A DNA stretch of 63,729 nt, filler included, from Pelomyxa schiedti (taxonomy: Eukaryota > Protista > Evosea), in NCBI GenBank assembly GCA_020536535.1. It is 11 parts of 11 records of this genome, joined end to end, with 100 filler letters (N's around TTAATTAATTAA, not from the genome) between each part and the next. Parts side by side here need not be neighbours in the genome. Positions count along the whole stretch, not along the records: positions 58,875 to 60,956 come from JAHLWZ010002150.1; positions 61,057 to 62,574 come from JAHLWZ010002451.1; positions 62,675 to 63,729 come from JAHLWZ010002921.1; 8 more parts are not named here. One strand, written 5' to 3'. The position numbers and the translations under genes were made by a program. Below are positions 59,069-63,729 of this stretch, piece after piece (the first letter of the stretch is position 1; every line of letters begins with the position of its first letter). Under the pieces are notes generated by a model, which saw only the letters and a program-made list of their open reading frames with translations, did not search any database and was not told where the DNA came from.

Positions 59069-60931
59069 TTATTTATTCTGTTCTTTTTTTCCCTGGGTTG
59101 CTGGTGTGTTGAATCGCAGTCCCAACACCTTGCTTGATACCTTCTCATGTAGTGGTGTTGCTCTCACGCAGTCCGCGAAGTGTTGCATAGCAAATGGGCC
59201 TGTAATCTCAGGGAACACACGCAGTAGCATCCTCCATGTGTCCCATTTGGGTACCAGAAGGTACTGTTGCTTCATGGCCACTACCTGTGTGTGTCGGGTC
59301 AGAGTTGGTGTTAGAAGTACTACTAACCATCAAACATTCATTTTTGTTACCTCGTTCAAAGCCACTTGGAATGTGTGGATGAACCACTCGGCACAGCCTG
59401 TCTTGTTGCTTGAAATCAATGCCCCCAGTAAGAGGTGGCTAGTTGCCTTGGAAGTTCTTCCTGCAAATGGTAGTCTTCTATCAACCACTTCACCACCTTG
59501 CCAGATTGGACAGACCAACTGTGTGACAAACCGTGCACAATGTCACTCAATGAGAACTGCCCGTGCATAAACTTCTTGGCCGCGGAGAGAGCACAGTGTT
59601 CAACTATTCCTTCTATAACCGCACTGTCAGAGACTGTTTTGTAAACATTGAATGTATTCCACAAGAGCAAAGCGGGCCTGAATCACTGCATTTACACTGA
59701 TGTTGATCACTGTGCAATGTGAAAGGAACCATTGAACCCCAGCCACGCACTCAGTCTCACCGGAATTGCAAATCTTCTTGAAGACTTGCTCTGTTACACT
59801 GGGAGTTGCATTGACGTGGTCCATCACATGGAAGGTGCTTTCAAGCCAGTCTGCAACTGATGTGTTGTTGTGGTAAAGAGACACCACGAGACCCTCAACG
59901 ATATCCTTTTGCGAGAGAGCCCGTGCCACGTGCGTCAGCAGGAATTCCATCAGTGAAACAGAGTCTTTACTGTTCCCACATGCTGCAACAAATATGGGCG
60001 TTGTGACAGAACCAACAGTGCCTGCCTGTTTTCTCAGCAACCACTCAACAAGTTCATCATCTGCAATGTCTGTGCAGGCAACTTTCAGATCCTTTTCTCT
60101 TGGCCTGTCTGAGGAATTTTCAATATACCACCTGAAAGCCTTTGCATTCTTGATCCAAAAGGAGAAGTCAGGGCAGCTGGGAACTCTGAATTTTGCCCGT
60201 ATCTGATCCCAGCCTTCTCTCAATTCAGATTCGCTTTCACTTGCTGAAGAACAATAAGCCACAAACTGAGGAAGTACCCTGCCCTTCAGCCTTCCCCTAC
60301 TGAAGAGACTAACACAGAACTTTGTGACTTCCAAGTTTTGGCTGGCAATCAGTTCACCAACGTCAGCGTAATCAACACTGGTGAGGTAGTCCCTCAGACC
60401 TTTCTTTGTGCAAGCAGCAATGACTCCAGTGGTGGAAGCCAACCACTTCACCACGTTGAGATGCCCCCACCTCACAGCCGCGTGGAATGCCATCAGAAGC
60501 TCCCAAGGCTCAGTGCCCACACCACGGAACTTTGACATCACCCACTTGACAACATCCAGGTTCCCTCCCTTGCATGCAAGATACAGCAGACTGTGCGGGA
60601 TTTCCTTAGTCTTGACCGGCATCTCCCTGATGTCATCAATCAGAGTGGGGTCATCCTTTGGCCACGTCAACAGTCTGCAGCCACTCCACCGCCCATCGTC
60701 ACCACCATCACCACCGCCGTCAACAAGTTGCTTTGCCATCTCAATGTGTCCTCCTGTCAAACAATTAATCCGGGTCACCAGGGGGAACAGCGCATCGGCT
60801 ACGCCCAGCAGCCAAATGCACTGGCCTGCCGTGACGCGCTTGTGGGACGGCACCACCGCCAACTCGGGGACGACGACGATTTCCCACACCACCCGCGACA
60901 CCATCAGCGTCCACGCAGCACGGTTCTCCAT
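59069..60931 (-). pseudogene. Intronless ankyrin-like repeat gene, frameshifted
   Basis: LACKGGNLDVVKWV, AVRWGHLNVVKWL. Coding continues in shifted frames after about 59680 and about 59450, plus an in-frame TGA at 59330. Confidence 0.7.
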
Positions 60932-60956
60932 TGGCGCAAATGACTAATGAATGATG

Positions 60957-61056
60957 NNNNNNNNNNNNNNNNNNNNNNNNNNNNNNNNNNNNNNNNNNNN
61001 TTAATTAATTAANNNNNNNNNNNNNNNNNNNNNNNNNNNNNNNNNNNNNNNNNNNN
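60957..61056. other. Artificial scaffold-join spacer
   Basis: N44-TTAATTAATTAA-N44. Confidence 0.98.
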
Positions 61057-61525
61057 CGGACAAGTGTGCATGTAATCAAAACCGCCTGCCACGTTGTTGT
61101 TGCTGTATTTGTGCGCCCAGCTGCGCTGTGCGCTGATCATTACCTTCGCTGTCTCATTCTGGTAATAGTCCAGATTCAGCTCAGTCCTCAGTCTCTCCAA
61201 TCCCGCTAAAGTGCGCCAGGACTTCAGAGCCTCGCGAGCAAGGCCAAGTTTGTGTACTTTGTGGAAGTACACAGTAACTACACCTAAATAATATCTTGAG
61301 CCTGGAGAAAAAGTCAAAAAAAAAAAAAAAAAGAAGAAGAAGAAGCCACCTACCAAGGAGAATGAGTGCCTGGTTCGGGTATTTGCGTTCTACAATAACA
61401 GCACATCGTAACTCGAGTGTAAAGGTTCTCTTGCTTGTTCTTGTGCTTGGGTTGCACGTGCTCAAAGGATAATTAATTTTGGTGCAGTTAGGTGTGGTTA
61501 GCTTTGAAGCCACGCTGTTGTCCAA
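61057..61525 (-). CDS. Hypothetical spliced protein, partial
   Basis: ELRCAVIVERKYPNQALILLG|RYYLGVVTVYFHKVHKLGLAREALKSWRTL.. open to the scaffold edge. Confidence 0.5.
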
Positions 61526-61785
61526 TTCTCAGTCGAGATTGCCTCGGAATCAATCACCACTGCAGTCCGCATTAGTGCGTTCCGTGTCTCAGAAGATCGT
61601 CACTGCCTTATTCCAGTAATTCCATCAAGCCCACATTGGATCTCAAGAGTCGAGATTCGTACAGAGTCTGCAGAGTGTCCATAGAACAGCTTGGAACCCA
61701 CTCTGGGTGTTTCGAAATCACAGTGTGGAAATATACAGTTCTGTCCTGGCTGAGCATGCATGCCATTCCACTCACATCACTGCAC

Positions 61786-62574
61786 ATGGCAGCTGCAACC
61801 AACAAACGAGTGGGTGCTGCGACCACGGTTGTCGACGACACCTCGGCGGTGCCTGGTGGCCCAACATACACTGGTCGGGTGGTCAATGGCAAACCCAACG
61901 GCAGGGGCACCGCAAAATGGCCAGACGGCGACACGTACAACGGTGTGTGGCTCAACGGAGCCAGGACAGGCAGAGGTGTGTTAAGGTGGTCTGATGGCAA
62001 CACCCATGAGGGAGAGTGGCTCAACAACAAGGCGGATGGGTGGGGTGTGTACCACTGTGCCGATGGCCGGTGGTTCGAGGGGCTGTGGAGGGACAGCCAC
62101 TGGAAAAGGGGAACCTTGCACCACAGCAACGATGTGGATGTGTGGGATGGCGAGTGGGTGTGGAATGCAACAGAAAATACTAATGAGATGCAGGGGTGGG
62201 GTGTGCAAAGGTGGACGACAACCAAGGGGGGGGCCACAGGAGCAATGGTCATGGTGTATGAGGGTGAGTGGGACAGGGGCAAGTGGCACGGTGTGGGAAT
62301 GTGGAAGTCACCTGATGGCTCGGGTGACATCTACCATGGTCAATTCGATCACGGAATGAAATGTGGAACAGGGAGTATCCTGTTTGGCGGTGGTGGCGAT
62401 GGAGGCAACAACAGCAAGGGTGGGAGTTATGTTGGTGAGTGGAAGGATGACGCGTTCCATGGTCGGGGTGTGAGGCTGTGGGCAAACGGTGACAGGTATG
62501 ATGGCCAGTGGGTCGGTGGCAAGGAGAATGGTGAAGGAACAAAGACATGGAGCAGGGGTGAATCATCATTCACT
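61786..62574 (+). CDS. MORN-repeat protein (3' truncated), paralog of 24558-25410
   Basis: Repeated YxGxW motifs with the same diagnostic blocks (MQGWGV, VYEGEWD, GGSYVGE, GVRLWxNGDRY, SSFT). Confidence 0.9.
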
Positions 62575-62674
62575 NNNNNNNNNNNNNNNNNNNNNNNNNN
62601 NNNNNNNNNNNNNNNNNNTTAATTAATTAANNNNNNNNNNNNNNNNNNNNNNNNNNNNNNNNNNNNNNNNNNNN
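62575..62674. other. Artificial scaffold-join spacer
   Basis: N44-TTAATTAATTAA-N44. Confidence 0.98.
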
Positions 62675-62792
62675 CTTTGGGTTTCGACTACCAATTTGGG
62701 TACAAATTCAGCTCCCCAATGTTCACACAAATTGTCTTGAATCTCCCCGATCCCATCCAAATTGGGGAACTTGCACACACTTTGGAATCAGG

Positions 62793-63395
62793 GTGCTGCT
62801 GTACTACCAGAACCTCGTCCGCGACACTGATGGCCCAGCAACGGGTCGGATGTGGGTTCTGCGAAGCTGCGCTTATGGTGCCAACAATCTGGATTCAATG
62901 AGTGTGATGATTGCGTGGACTTGTTCAAGGAGCCACTGTCTTGTGATTTCTGCAGCAGCAGATGTGATGCAGTCAATTACAAGTGGGTTGTTGCGTTTGG
63001 TGCTGACGTCGATTGGAGGTATGCCATTCGGATTTACTGTTTCAACAGGTGCAGCAAGACGATCTGACTTGGTGCTGAGAGTGTGGATTTTCGGGGAACA
63101 TGTTGTTTCTGAATCTTACAGATCCAGTTGCAAAGAAGAAGAACAAATAAAATTTAATGCCGTTTGGTTGCCAGAGGCCGGTGTGGTGCGTGTCACGCAG
63201 GTGGGTCGGTATCGGTTTTTTTCCCGATGTTTTCTTTGTTTGTTTATAATTTTATTGTGTTTTGTCCACCGGTCTTTTGTTGTTGTTTCTCGGTTTTGCT
63301 TTTGTTTTTTTTTCTTGTTGAGGCAACGCTTCAATAAGTTCTTTTTGTTTTGCTTTGTTTTTCGTGTTTGTTTTATTTCGTTTTCGTTTACTTAG
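62793..63395 (+). CDS. Hypothetical protein fragment
   Basis: Open frame of about 135 protein-like codons, then a GT donor into a T-rich intron; no family recognised. Confidence 0.35.
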   Translation: MLLYYQNLVRDTDGPATGRMWVLRSCAYGANNLDSMSVMIAWTCSRSHCLVISAAADVMQSITSGLLRLVLTSIGGMPFGFTVSTGAARRSDLVLRVWIFGEHVVSESYRSSCKEEEQIKFNAVWLPEAGVVRVTQVGRYRFFSRCFLCLFIILLCFVHRSFVVVSRFCFCFFFLLRQRFNKFFLFCFVFRVCFISFSFT

Positions 63396-63729
63396 TCTTC
63401 TTTCTGTTTTTGTTCTTGTTCTCACAACAACACAGGTCATTGAAGATTCCATGACGAGGAGAAGGGGCACAGTGGTATGTTTCCATTTCTCTTCTCCATT
63501 TTTCTTTTTCGACTTCTCACATTTGAAAACCAGGTGGTGTTGCCAATGTCAGCGGAATGTGTGTGTGTGGGTCGGCTCCATTCCACCAGTATTCCTCTTC
63601 TTGAGTCCCCCCCCCCAAATATATAACTCCCCTCTAGGTCCTTTTCTGCATTCACGCTGTATGAACATGGGAGTGTTGGCATTGGGGCCCTCTTGACTTT
63701 CAGCAGCTCAGCCAGCCACTGGTATGGTT

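Overview
This is not one locus. It is 11 eukaryotic scaffolds concatenated with an artificial 100-bp spacer (44 N + TTAATTAATTAA + 44 N) at 9177, 17030, 25411, 29776, 47954, 50932, 54227, 58775, 60957 and 62575, so adjacency across spacers means nothing. Genes are dense and split by short (mostly about 30-70 nt) GT-AG introns. The content suggests a flagellated amoeboid protist: CCDC39, minor-spliceosome U11-35K, many MORN/ankyrin/Sel1 proteins and a TRAF-type zinc-finger protein. The expanded orphan families resemble those I associate with the archamoeba Pelomyxa, but that is inference only. Recognisable housekeeping genes are a PUF protein, ALG6, CCDC39, NPL4, snurportin-1, profilin, an SLC35A transporter, a ZnT5/7-type transporter, SNRNP35, an EF-hand light chain and a damaged RBM25. 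Accessory content includes two decayed chromodomain-bearing Ty3/Gypsy elements, several frameshifted pseudogenes, a type I PKS fragment and a head-to-head pair of secreted bacterial-type enzymes. The strongest candidate for an undescribed system is at 51901-54226: a spliced gene with an intact Vint-type Hint (intein-like) autoprocessing domain (Cys1 CFTG, TPGH) at its C-terminus. Its N-terminal region has no recognisable vWA domain and carries an orphan 'HPRxG..SP' motif that recurs in other genes here, and a truncated second Hint copy lies immediately upstream. All family calls come from motif recognition by eye, and exon boundaries are approximate.
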